The translations under genes were made by a program, and so were the position numbers. The notes beneath the pieces were generated by a model. That model was not told the origin of the DNA, did no database searches, and worked only from the letters and a program-made list of their open reading frames with translations. Shown here in pieces: positions 1 through 12,600 of a stretch of 64,000 nucleotides of DNA (position 1 is the first letter of the stretch; every line of letters begins with the position of its first letter). The stretch comes from Hydrolagus colliei (Eukaryota). The DNA lies in contig CM068756.1 of assembly GCA_035084275.1 (NCBI GenBank), positions 6,572,001 through 6,636,000 on the forward strand. Reading direction: 5' to 3'.

Positions 1-1231
1 AGGGGCACGCTTAGTCGTATTTGCATTATATTGATGTCTGGGCCTGTACGGTTGACGAGGGCACTTGGTTTTGTCAGATTTTATGCAAATACATCTAACC
101 CATTGTGTGGTTAACCTGATGAGGGTAAAAGCACAGTACATACTTTGTATGCACTCAGCAGTAATCCTGTAATGTTGTATGCTGTTGACTAATTGGCACT
201 GCCAAGTCTTGCCACGTCCTCATGGTGTCACTTTAGAAGCTCCCGTAACCTCAGGCATGACAACGAGTGCCAACTATACTCTTTGATTTCTCGAGTTTAT
301 CAGTTTCCTGAAATAGAGGAGTGGGACCACCGGCACTGCAAGAGATGCACTCTATTGTATCCTTTCCAGTTATAACACTATATTTGACAGTCATTAACCT
401 GGCCCTCTGTGCAGAGCGAGGCATTTCAAATCAAATTCAGGCTGCGTTATCAGTCCTCTCCTTCTCTCTTTAAACATTGATTCTTATTTCCCTAATTATC
501 CTTATTCTGTTATGCTCTAACAGGGCGGGCGGGCAGTGAAGCCATCAGGAGAGTAAGAGCAATTCTAATATAATCACTGTTATTTCTGGTAACAGTTCTG
601 TGTCTACGCAAATCAGCTTCTTTGCTGTATGTAATTTACTTTGTGTAACCAATCTCATTGTCCTCTTAGGAGATTTGTTTTGGCCATTTTTATTCTTAGG
701 AGCTCTACTAAAGTACTGAGGGTGTGTGAGGTTGAAGCATTTTCTGTAAGTTGTAATAGCTGGCCTGACAACACCTCCTTTATCAGCTTGCAACCCACCA
801 TAGACGCTGAATTATTGCAGCATCAGCAATAAGAACGTAACACAAGCACAAGACAAAGAAAAACAGTTAACTCACCAAAGTCCAATGCCTCCAATCCACT
901 GAAATCCTATTTGTTGCAACACAGACTACATTTCAATCTCTGGAGAAAAGTTCCAGACAGCACCTCCCTGAACTGCAAGTTAATCAAAGCCAGAAAACGT
1001 TTCTGCCATTTTCAAATCCCCAACATTTAAACCTGGTCCTTTTTATCATCATAGATAACATTTTTGTCTCCCGACCCCATTTGTACCACAATCCTTGGGG
1101 TCCATTATATGGAGATTTTTTTTACTAGATGTGTTAATAAAGAAAATGGAAGATGGAAAGTACGTCAAGTAGATATTGTACTGAAGTCTTTAGAACTCTA
1201 TCCCACTGTCCCTTTGTTTTGCTCCCTCCCT

Positions 1232-1401
1232 TACCTCCTTCAAGACGCTCCTCTTCGACCGCACCTTCTTTGCCCTTCTACCCATACTTTCCCTGCCCTC
1301 GGCCCCACCTGATCCCAACTTCCTGCTCAGTCCAACTCACTAACTCGCCATGGGATGTCCTTCCAAAGTGAAAGATGCTGCAACAATGAAATTTGTTGTT
1401 G
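1232..1401 (+). mobile_element. L2-clade LINE 3' fragment (degraded)
   Basis: CCTCCTTCAAG..CTCTTCGA..., then GGGATGTCCTTCC..GTGAAAG..TTTGTTGTTG; matches the 3' end of the L2 copy at 41208-41967. Confidence 0.7.
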
Positions 1402-1717
1402 AAACAAATTCTAATCTCACTCTTTCCTGTGCTACACACTCTTTCAATCAGTGGTCAAATATTGGATCTCAAACATTGATTTTTTATATTCCTATACTTT
1501 TAATTGTTCATCTGAGACTGTAAGTTTTCTTCTCTTATGGCTGGAAAAAAAATGTGATATGTGAGGGAATGACATATCAGCTCTTTAACCACAACGTCTT
1601 CATAAAGATGCCAACAGATTTGTTCCAATTTGTGACAATGCTTCCTTGTTGCATATTAGGTGGAAGAGGACCTTAAATAGCTTGACCCCCAGCTCGGCAT
1701 CAAACTTTGCCACTTTA

Positions 1718-1803
1718 AAGCACTCCAAGATGCTGATCCACATGGTGGGGGGGGGGTGGGGGGGCGGGGTGGGAGGGCGCTATATAAATGTATGTTGTTG
1801 TTG
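1718..1803 (+). mobile_element. L2 3' tail (second family) with expanded G-run
   Basis: GGAGGGCGCTATATAAATGTATGTTGTTGTTG, same tail as 32905-32967 and 23493-23811. Confidence 0.7.
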
Positions 1804-2031
1804 ACTCTCATGTAGTGGGTGGCCATGGTGGCCAGATAATTAGTTGCTGTGATTCTCTAGAATAACATAATTCGCTTTTCTCACTTGTTGTTTCTCTTTT
1901 AGAGAAAAGGAACCGGGCCATTACCTGCTGGTTATGTTGGCAATATCACTACAACAAACCAATCAATCTTGGATAATAGGACATCCTCTCTTATGTGTTA
2001 TCTAAATGAAACCCCAAAGTTCTCAGGAGCA

Positions 2032-2170
2032 AAACATTACTTTCAATGAAGAAGGCCCTTCAGTCCAATTGATCTCATCCTCCAGAATACAGTCTGATTT
2101 CGAAAGGAATTCGGAACAGGAAGGATGTAAATGTGCTGGTCCAGAATCCCGATGAGATGCATCACTATGT
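2032..2170 (-). mobile_element. degraded CR1-like 3' end
   Basis: GAAGAAGGCCCTTCAGTCCA resembles the reverse-complement CR1 tail seen at 14529 and 60338. Confidence 0.4.
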
Positions 2171-4832
2171 CTTTGCTGGTTGAATGCTTTGCATCAGGTC
2201 TGCTTCACCGTGCATGCAAAGCGTTCGGTGAACCGTGTCGCTAGAAACTGTTGTGTGAGATCAGTTTGGGTTTTCTTTTGCCATTTCCTGCTTTTGACTT
2301 TTACTTTGGCATCAACAGTGTCCATAGGGATGAGATAATTGCCCTGCTCATTGAGTCGCAACAGAAATACGTTGACCTGCTCGTGTTCCTTTAAGGGGAG
2401 GTGGGAGGAGCAGCCACATGCCCACCATCTGCTCTGGGCATTCAACCAGCATGTTACTAAGTCCAATATATAGAACAAACCTAACAGGCTTAAACTGTAA
2501 AACTGCAGTATTCTGATTGGAGAAATGGCAAAACTTTGCAGTTGCAATTTTTATTTCACAAGTCAAAAATGATTTCAGAATTAATAATTGCAATTAGATG
2601 GGTGGGCAGGTAAACATGTAGCAAAAAGGAATCTTAAGGTCTCCTTAGCAATTTGCCAAAGTCTCTATTGCTCTGAAATGAATAAATCTAGACCCAGATG
2701 GGATTTCTACCCATTCCTCTCATTTCAAAAGGTAATCATAGAACATATAAATGAACAAATAATCTGTCTGATCTGTATGACCATTAGCTTAATATTGGAA
2801 AATGAACAGTTTTTTAGGATTTGAATACAATTTTGTAATTCAGCTGCCATTTTGCTAGACACACATTTTATTTTTTTTAATACACTTTGATGGCAAAATA
2901 CTGCAGCTGCTAGGTTTCCTGAGCACTCATTTATCAGTTATTGCCTACAGGGTCATAGTCTGGACATACAGAGTAGTACATCAGACACGGTGGAATTTAA
3001 TGCTGTCCTCATTGCCTTCACCAATGGAATTTCAAAGGGTTTGAGAGAATGAATGATAACATTCTGGAGTGAACGGTTGCTGAGTGTGATAAGCAGTTTA
3101 ACAACAGAAGCAAAATGTCTCCCAAGTAAATTGCATAATATTATGAGATACTCTCCAATCAGTATATATCTCCGGCATCATGAAATCTCATAGTTTCATT
3201 GACCATATAAATGTCCTATTCCTAGTCTACTTGTAGTGTTTAGTGGTGAGATATGTAATGTGACAGCTTAACATCATCCACAAAGGCTGATGTACCCAGA
3301 TACCTTCTTTATTTATTTTATTGGTGAGAATCCTAACGTAAAGTTTGGGAAGAAACCATGAATATTTTTCTAAAATGCTCTGAATTTCATAAAGCTTTGA
3401 AAAACACATAATTTCACTATAATTGCTTGAGTTCTCTGACAAAGCTTCCTGTAAGGCAATGTTGCTTGTAGGAAATGCACCTTTCAGTTTGATATATTGC
3501 TTCACTAACATAAATAGTTCAGAGTCAGTAAAACATAATTTGTGTGATGCATTTTGCTTAGTCGCTATTTTACACCCTTAACCATCAAAGACTAATACCC
3601 CACATTCACATGCCAAGTCCCCATTTTTGCCTCTCAGATTGGCAAATTCAAATAATCTCAGTTTATATCAAATCATACATCTTACTTTACACTAGCACAG
3701 AATCCAGAGGCTCAGTGGTAACAAAACATAGTTAATGCGGAATAATTAAAGTCCCTTTTTTCCCTAAAGTCAATATATGGGGTTTCTTGACTTAAAATAT
3801 TGATGGACTTTTCTTTTAAAGCAAAGGTAGCAACACAATGGCACATTGCTCCGAGATTACGCTATGCTCTATATTTTGCAGCAACAACAAGAAGCAATGT
3901 GGTGTTTTACAGTGGTCCATTTATCATGGAGAATTTTCTTCAAATTCAGATTCTGGTTTTTTTTTCACTAACAACAATCAACACCGCAACAACTTTGACC
4001 CGTAGGATTTTACAGCCTATTTTAGTCACATAAAGCAACTGAAATATTACCCTGACAAATTACTTTAGATTTATTTTCTTTCTCTGACTCAATACTCTCA
4101 TGCTTTTGTTTGCTTCTACTTATTTCCCCCCAGCGTGCTCAAAAGCCAGCTCGAGGCCATATACACATTTTATCTAAAGAGAAACACAATACTGTAAGGT
4201 GTTATTATTACAAACTTAACACAGAGAACTTAGTCCACAGAAAAACTTGACAAAATGATACAACGAAGTGAAATAAATCATGGCTATGCAGATTGACTGA
4301 GATTGCAATAAATTCCAATGGTTGGTTTTAAAGCATCCTGTACATTTTGTTCACTAATAACTATGTTTTGTGGAGTGTAGAAGAAAATATTTTTGCTCAG
4401 ACAAAACTAAGGTTTTTTAAAAATTAATGATGGCAACAACATTTCTCTGAGAACACTGACACTGGCACATACAATGAGGCACTTTATATTTCCAACATAA
4501 ACACTGTAAGTACTTTCATATCTAAAACATGTTGTTCTTGTGCCGCTATTAGCATTATGAATCTGTGGGCCTTCCCTTGCTACCAACCCACAATGGAAAC
4601 AATGCAATCTTCCTGGTTGTGATGAACATATCTGGACACTTTTCAATATCAGATCCTATTTGCCTTCAGGTTGCTGCTGTCGATCAACTAAAACACAGTT
4701 CTAATTTTCTCTTTATTTTGTAGAGAATGTTTTTTGTTTTTATCTTACATTTTGTCAAATCAATTGCTACTGCTGGAAATATTTAGATAATGAGTTTCTA
4801 ACCTCAGAATCAGGGTTACTATCTGTTGCAAG

Positions 4833-4888
4833 AACAAAATTATATTGTACAACACCTTTCACATCGGGAGGACATCCCAAGATGCTGG
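4833..4888 (-). mobile_element. L2 3' tail only
   Basis: AACAAAATTATATTGTACAACACCTTTCACATCGGGAGGACATCCCAAG = reverse complement of the L2 tail. Confidence 0.75.
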
Positions 4889-5130
4889 TATTGTTCCTAC
4901 AATAATATTCCTTGTGTTTGATATAGTAGCTTTCATATCTCAAAGCATATATTGTAAATTGAAGTGATTGTTCACTGGAAAATATACTTTTAAAAAATAT
5001 ATAAGTACACTTAACAAACGCAATACCAAACTAACCAAATGCAGAGCCCACAACAACGGTTTGAAACTAGTAAAATATATTTATATATTTTAAAGTGGCT
5101 TATCCTGGGTCAGGCGGTAGGGAAAAGGGT

Positions 5131-5210
5131 TACTGTATATTCTGTGAAGCGCTTTGAGATGTCTGGGAAATGTGAAAAGCTCTATCAAATGCAAGGATTA
5201 TTATGATTAT
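5131..5210 (+). mobile_element. tRNA-derived SINE, 3' fragment
   Basis: TATATTCTGTGAAGCGCTTTGAGATGTC..ATCAAATGCAAGGATTATT, shared with many copies in the window. Confidence 0.85.
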
Positions 5211-5603
5211 TACCATTAATATTATTACATGGAAGAGTGTCAACCTGGGAATGAAAGTCTGTATGAGCGATCTGTTGTCAGTGAGTATCTTCTATTTGTC
5301 TCTGAGTGTTTTTGGTTTTCTCTTATTCGCTTTATTGCATTGTCCCCTTCTCTGTCCCTATCTCATCTCTGTGTGAGTTTATTGATATATTCTAACATTG
5401 CATTATTCATTAGAAACTATTGATGAGACTCATCAATTCCCTTGTTGCCACCACAGCAACATGAAAGAACAATTCACTTAAATGATTTGCACTGTGTGGA
5501 TGAACAAAAGGGCTTGTATTAAATAACCCAATACTGTAACTGTGAATCCACTGATTCTGCACTGGTTCTTTTAGTCCACTAGGATATCAAATATAATATT
5601 ACT

Positions 5604-5775
5604 AATAATAATCCTAGCAATTGATATAGTCCCTTCAAAACATCTCAAAACACTTCACAGATTATACTGTAAAGTAAATTGATTATATTTTGTGGGTGAA
5701 ACACGGATACCAATTGTGCATGGGGCAATGTAAAACAGTACAAGCAGGATTAACTGGATTGACTGACCAATTAAA
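5604..5775 (-). mobile_element. tRNA-derived SINE, 3' half (diverged)
   Basis: AATAATAATCC..CACTTCACAGATTATACTGTAAAGT..GACCAATT. Confidence 0.8.
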
Positions 5776-5821
5776 AAATAACATTTTTGCACAGTAGCCT
5801 GTAACAAAAGTAAAAAAAAAC

Positions 5822-6068
5822 AATATTAGGTCAATTTTGTGGGATTTCTAAATGGTTTTCTTATTTGAGAAATCTAGGTCCGTGATGTGGACTTATTGGA
5901 ATGCCATTCCAACTCAATGAATTTTTGCAACAGGGTTCCTTGGACTCTGAGGAATGTTCACTAAGAATTTTTGGGTACCAGAAGGAATCCCCACTAGGAT
6001 TTCTTAATAAAGGCATTTCTTAATCAAGAAATCCATTAACAAATATTGCACAATTAATCCTTGTATTT
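5822..6068. repeat. degraded MITE-like element with imperfect terminal inverted repeats
   Basis: TTGTGGGATTTCTAAATGGTTTTCTTATTTGAGAAAT at left versus ATTTCTTAATCAAGAAATCCATTAACAAATATTGCACAA at right (imperfect reverse complements). Confidence 0.4.
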
Positions 6069-6289
6069 CAAAGTCAAATCCAATGGAGATATTTAAATAA
6101 ATGATTTGGTTTCACTCAATGTCCCCAGCACAGAAGGGATAAAAGTTTATTAAAGTTCTAAACAGAATAATAAAATGGTGATTTTCGTTTCATAATCATA
6201 CTCCTTGCTCCCTTCTTATCTTCAGTTTGCCAAGTCCTCTTGCTCACATCTGAAATGATTATCAGTGATCATCAGTATAATATCTAAAT

Positions 6290-6516
6290 ACTACTAATAA
6301 TACTAATCCTTGCATTTGATAAAGTGCTTTTCATGTCTTCTAGATGTCTCAAAGCGCTTCACAGAATATATTGTAAAGTGAATTGACTGTATACTTGTGG
6401 GTGAAATGCAGCAGCCAATTGTGCACAGCAGTGTCCCACAAACAGGCATGGATTGAAGTGACCAATTAATTATTGTGTTTTTTTAGGGATTATTATTAGG
6501 TGTGTGGATTAAGGAT
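6290..6516 (-). mobile_element. tRNA-derived SINE, head missing
   Basis: collinear with the full copy at 30607-30911 from the tail to GGTGTGTGGA. Confidence 0.9.
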
Positions 6517-6561
6517 ATTTTCAATATTTTCTTTTTTTATATTTATTATATTTTCTATATT

Positions 6562-6662
6562 TATTATTATTATTATCCTTCCATTTGATATAGCGCTTTC
6601 CACATCTTATCAACGTCCCAAAGCGCTTCACAGAATATACTGTAAAGTGAATTGACTGTATA
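6562..6662 (-). mobile_element. tRNA-derived SINE, 3' fragment
   Basis: CCTTCCATTTGATATAGCGC..AAAGCGCTTCACAGAATATACTGTAAAGTGAATTGACTG. Confidence 0.9.
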
Positions 6663-9037
6663 TGTTCATTTATATGTTCTGAAAGTGGAGCACAAATTCT
6701 GTTGAAGGGAAGGCCGTTCCTGGGTTGGAAAGAGCTGGAATCTATATATGATCAGAGCATATTAAAGTGTTTCCTCTGAGTCTATGCTGTCACCTGTTGG
6801 TTGAATAATGATGGCCGTTTGCATAATTTAATGAAATAGATGAGCCGAGTTTAAAATCATATTTACTTGTAATTTATATAATGCATCCTCTCATGTGATG
6901 GAAGATTTTAGTCAAAATGATAACAAAAAGATAAATTTCAGTCAGCTATGGAAGTGTCAACAATTATTCAAATCCAGAAAAAATTGACTGTTAATGCAAA
7001 AGTCTGAGAAGTGTTTGCAAACCCCAACATAAATCACTCTTCTTTCTGCAGCATTCTAATTTTTCATTTGGAAATTTCTGAATGCAGAGACAAAAGAAAT
7101 TGGTTTATCAGTAATAATAATCCTTGTATTTTTTTCATATAGCGCTTTCAAGTCTTCTAGACGTAATCTCATTGTTTCTCATCTATTCAAAAGGTTTTAT
7201 GAGATATAAAACAATAATCCGTATATATGATATAGGTGTTATCATATTGTCGAAACAACTCAAAATGCTTCACAAGATTTACTGTAAAGAGTAGTTAAGT
7301 ACAGTATTTTGTAGGCTAAAACAGCAGACTAATTGCCTAATTGTCTTTGCTACAGAAAGCCAGTGGTAGTGTTTTACATTGCCCTATTAAATATGTTGTG
7401 TATTCTTTTGGCCTTACTTGTTTCATGGAAAAAGTAATCACAAGGGCTAACCGTTAATTATGAACCATCAATTATGCATTACTCTGAAGGCCGGCTCTAT
7501 GTACTGTACTAAGGAATATTTCATGTAAGTTACTTAAAAAACTGGAACCATGGAGGCTCCTACAATCAGATCTCTGCCATGTAGAGCTTAGGTAAGAGCT
7601 TTGTTTTTGCATTTCCAGTATGTTGAACACAATGACATAATAATTTCCAGTCCACTAAAAGTAATTTTAGGTTGGAAGCACTAAATAAATTTTTTTAAGA
7701 TTGCTGTTTTTAATATAACTTTTGAAATATGGAGTTCATATTTAACACTCAGACTTTTCTTATTATTTGTGTGTATAATGTTATTTATTTGTTTATAGTA
7801 CATAAAAATTCTGGTTGTAAAATTTTAATTTACCATATGTTCAGTAAATCAAATATATTTAAACACTTATAAGCTGTGCAGTAAGAGAACCATGTACCAG
7901 GGTTTTTAAAAAAATGTTTTTTAGAAAGATCAAGAAGAACTACTTTACTCCATGAATGAAATCAGAACACATTAAAAAGAAAGTGAGTGCTATTCAACAA
8001 AAATGATGCTTTTTATGTAAAGCCTTCTCACATCAGGACACCATCTCAAAGCACTTCACAGAATCTATTTTAAAGTGCCGTGCTGTGCAGGTGAGCAAGG
8101 CAGGCAATTTGCAGACATCTTTTTTAGAAAAAGCTAACAGTACATTTTAACCTGTGTTTGAAATTGCTTCATTTATCAAATTACTGATTTGAAACAAAGG
8201 ACGTCAATGTTAATTTAAATACACTGAGAGTCAATTGGTGCCTGAGTAAAATATCCCATACAAAGCAAAGCTTCTATTAACTGGTGGCACCTCTACTTTG
8301 TTGTTAACATTCAGTACCATTCTTAATGGTAAATAAGTTTTTGTTCCATGTTTGTCATGCCTACAGTTTACAGGTTTAAACTGAACCGGTCAAGGCAGAG
8401 TGCACTGCTTTCAGACAGCTCATTGTGAGATGTCAGTCAGACTTCTGGGAAATACTGATACAGTATACACACATGACTTCCCTCCTGCCATATTGATTTT
8501 TGCATTTCTTTTGAAGAGCACATTAGACATAGAATTGATGACCTGTGTAGCACCCAGACATAAGTTTTGCAAGACCTAAGGGGAATACTGCACCACTCAA
8601 AATTGGTTACTGACTCTTCAGTGTAAAGGGACACTGCAATGTATCAGTTGAAGTCACGATGAAATAGAATTAAAGTGACAGATAGAGAATACACATCCAT
8701 AGGAGTAAGCAATCCGATTTCATGCATTTCATTAACAAACAACTACCAGAATAGCAATGCTACCCAATGATCCAACTGTGGATTTTTAAAAAATATAATT
8801 TCATATCCAATAGTATGCTTTGTTGCTTTTATTTCTCTAATCGTATGTGAGCTTATGTGAATATTCAGTGCCCTAAAATGCAGAGGTCCTTAGAAATGTT
8901 TGAGAAAGGAAATGACACATAAATCTGATGAGGAGCAGAAAGACATTTGGGAATAGATTCGTAGAGTGCTTATTCTGCAATGAGGTGACAGAGTGCAGAG
9001 TGTGACAGATGGCATAAAGTGCAAGGAAAAACTGAGT

Positions 9038-9651
9038 GGACATTTCTAAATCATCCTATTGGTAATATTCATAATCTTGCTTGATACGACATACGCTATG
9101 TAACTACAGAGAAGAGTTGGTCATATCCTATTGGGTAATCATTCAAGTCCTGACTGTCCATCGCCGTAGGATGCTCTCTCAATGAAAGAGGTGATACAAA
9201 AGTAATTTCTTGTTGCGGTGTTAAAATATTTTTTGCATTTAATAGAGAGCCTATAATGTGAAGAGCATCTCTACGCACCACAAGGTTTTCTTTAAAGCAT
9301 ACTGTATGTATTTTGCAGGTGAACACAGCAGCCGATTTCTTCATGGCAACATCCAGGAAGTAAATGACTAATTCTATCTGGAGGATTGGTAGCCAGGACA
9401 CCCGAGGTAAGGATGGCATCTCCTTCAATTCAGCGCTCCCCTAGTACTACATTGCTGTGTCAGCCTAGACTTATGTCAGCTTACAATGGAGTATTGGGGC
9501 AGATTTTCCATCAGAAAACCTAAATTCCAGCTGGCATTCCATGTCACGATTCTGACAACATGCAATTGTTGTCTTCTCTGTATAGTTACATAGCGTATGT
9601 CGTATCAAGCAAGATTATGAATATTACTAATAGGATGATTTAGAAATGTCC
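9038..9651. repeat. long inverted repeat (arms 9038-9115 and 9572-9651)
   Basis: arms are reverse complements with 1 mismatch and one 2-bp indel. Confidence 0.95.
9393..9475 (-). mobile_element. Deu-domain SINE fragment (AmnSINE1/SacSINE1-like)
   Basis: GGATGGCATCTCC..CAGCGCTCCCCTAGTACTACATTGCTGTGTCAGCCTAGA resembles the reverse complement of the recalled Deu core CTAGGCTGACACTCCAGTGCAGTACTGAGGGAGTGCTG. Confidence 0.7.
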
Positions 9652-12600
9652 CATTAGAGCCTGACACAGCCAGTGTTGCATTGTGGAATACTGACCATTA
9701 ATTTCAGCCTCCGGATTTCAGATGTTATCCTCGTGAATGACCACCTGCGCTGACATCTCTATGATTTCAGTTTACAACTTGATGCTGAATTACTCCAGCC
9801 CAGACTCCTCTGAGCCACTTTACTCTGCTGAGGGAGATTTTGCTTAGAATATTATTAGAGACCTGCTATTAATTTATCTACCGCACATCAACCTGAAGAA
9901 AGAGCTGAGTGGATTGGGATTCTACCTCAGAATCTAGTGGTTCCATGAACAGTGTTAAACTGATTGCCTACATTGTTTGTAACATCAGAAAACCTATTCA
10001 CATATACATGTTTTTAAAAATATTATACCTATACAATCATATTGGATTTTTAAAATTAAATGATGCTAGTCAGATTCACAAAGCCTCCACTGGTGATTCT
10101 CATGACTGATTAGATTTGTGATACTTTGCTTGTGTGAAACTGAATTTTATCCCCCAAAAATCTAAGTGTTCAAGGTCCAGTATTGCCTCAAGGTGCATGG
10201 CTGCCTCAATGGAAGAAACATTTTTCAGTCACACAACAGATGGAGGTTTATAGTCTGTGCAATGCTTCTCGTTCTGTATGCATTAAAGAAGCAGCCTGAT
10301 TGCCTTAGGCACAGAACGTTCATTGCCGATAACCTAAACCCATATGCACAGTTCTGTTAGCTCATGCATTGACAGTTTGGATGGCAAAATCAACACAAAT
10401 TAATCTAACAAAGTAAGAATGACACCAGGCTGTAAATGGGAGCGTACTCACCACCCAAAGGTAATTAAGAGTTTGTGAATTAATCTAAAGTTAGTAGTTC
10501 TGGCAATAATGTGATTCATTGTTCATTATGATTAGGGAGCAGTTTTTTTTTAATGAATTTATCGAGATTGAATCCTTTTTACCTAGATCATGGATCGATT
10601 AAAACTAATTCTCGCATCAATTTCATTCATCACTTGAAACATATTTCCGATTATTTTTGAAGCTTCTATCCATGCTTGGAACGCAGATTGAGTCAGATAT
10701 CATCCTATGAAAAGTTTACAACTATTGGAGTTGGGTGTAGCTCAGCAAAACAAGGGGAAATGCAGGAAACATTACTGTCAAGAACAACACATCTGGGACT
10801 AATTAACTATCTTGTATTCCAGCTGGTACCTGATTCCTTTATTTTTCACTTGACCGTTTTTCAATGCTTTATTAAGTATAATATGTCAACAAGTGTGTTT
10901 AGGATTATGAAATGCCTTTTCATTTGGTTACTAAAGACACTGCCTGTTTTTTTTACTGTTTGAATAGGCTAGGAAGTTGCTGGCAACCTTTAAGATAATA
11001 CTCCTGGACTAAGCTCAGGGGAAGAATCTAATTATGTATCAAGATATAACAACAACAACTTGTATTTATATAATGCCCTTCATGCAGAGCAGTGTTTTGG
11101 AACACTGGAAATGCTGCACCTTTATTCCTCGCTGTTCACCTCCTTTGTACAATGATTTTACTGCAGCTCAAGATTTGTCTAACAACTCGAGTCTTTTACG
11201 TTTACATTTTTCTGACTGGTTAATATGGAACTGTGCTTACGACTACGAGTAAGACCTGAACCTTTTGCAAATTACACTTTACATTATTGGAGGCTTTTCG
11301 GTCGAGTACAGTGTGAATCAGCATTCATCCTTTCTTTTCTTATTTTGCCTGATAAATCAGAAGTCCATTTCGGAAGCATCACTTTCCTCTATTAAAGCAT
11401 GTGCACGATTTTACTTGTCATTTCTCGTAGGAGAACTGAGTCAAATTTAAGTGAGTTTTAAATTGTGATCAGGGGTAGAGGTTATAAGTTGTCTCAACTG
11501 AGTTGCCTTTTGACCTTTGATATCTGTCAAAGATGATAAGCTGTCATGCAGTTGTTATAGGTAGTACTGTATTCATTACCTAGATCTCTGGTGGGTGAAA
11601 GTTTATGCTACTGGCAGCTGCACTTGTCTTGTCATCTTGCATGAAGTGCCATATATAATCTTGTTGATTCAGTGTAATTTTCTCGCCAAAGTGAGACAAT
11701 ACATAAAACTGCGGAAACAACAAACCTTGACAATTTTCATTGTTTTCACGCCTGACACTTTTTAGGTGTAATTTAGTGTTGGAAACAATAAAAGTGTTTG
11801 TCATTTTAATAATTATGGATTAATTAAAATATCAGCTTTGAAATTAAATGTCATTTTCATTATATACCATAGCTGACATCTACCTACAGGCAATAATCCA
11901 CTGTTGCATGTGGTATTAGTCACCGCCTAAATCAGATACCTGTTTGGCAGCTCTGTCTCACTGGCAGTCTTAGTGCCACACTGTGAACAGCAAGTCTTCT
12001 GTGTGTGAAAGATAAAAAACAATCCTATGGTAATGTTTTGCGTGATGCTGTAGGGATCCTTTTAATTGATTGTATGCATGGCTGTTGCAAACACTGTACA
12101 GTATTGGAGGTGGAAGTAGGAACAGAAGAGACAGCAGGAAAAGCTGATGGGAAGGTAATGTTGGTGATTTCCAAACACTGTACATTTATATGAGATTCCT
12201 GTTGTTATCGTGTTTGGATTCTTTAGATGATAGACACTGGTTCTGGTAAGCAATGGGTGTTACAGTAGAAAGTCTGGTTAGCTCATTTAGTTCGTTGTTG
12301 GTGTTTTAATATGATTACAATGGACGTTCCATTGTGCGTTACGCTGGATTGGGGGAAATGAGACTTATTCAGGCTTAAAATTCTTGGTATATTCATTATG
12401 GCTCTTATTGGATAAATTGCAATCTTATCTGAACATTACACTTTAGCAGTTCATCTCATAATCCGACCTTTTTAACCAAACTTTTCGTACACATAATGTC
12501 AGCAATTTGGCTCAATTCCTTTATGCTAGTTTTCTTCTTTTGATTCAATACTTAGGTAAAAATAAAATAATAATTGAACCTCCTACTCATTTAAATCCTC

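Noticed and set aside
876-939. Minus-strand exon with good splice sites (CTCCAG|..|GTGAGT)
   Set aside because: Stop codons in all three frames; no partner exons identified
8926-8945. Hammerhead core CTGATGAG..GAAA
   Set aside because: No stem II can form and no stems I/III are evident
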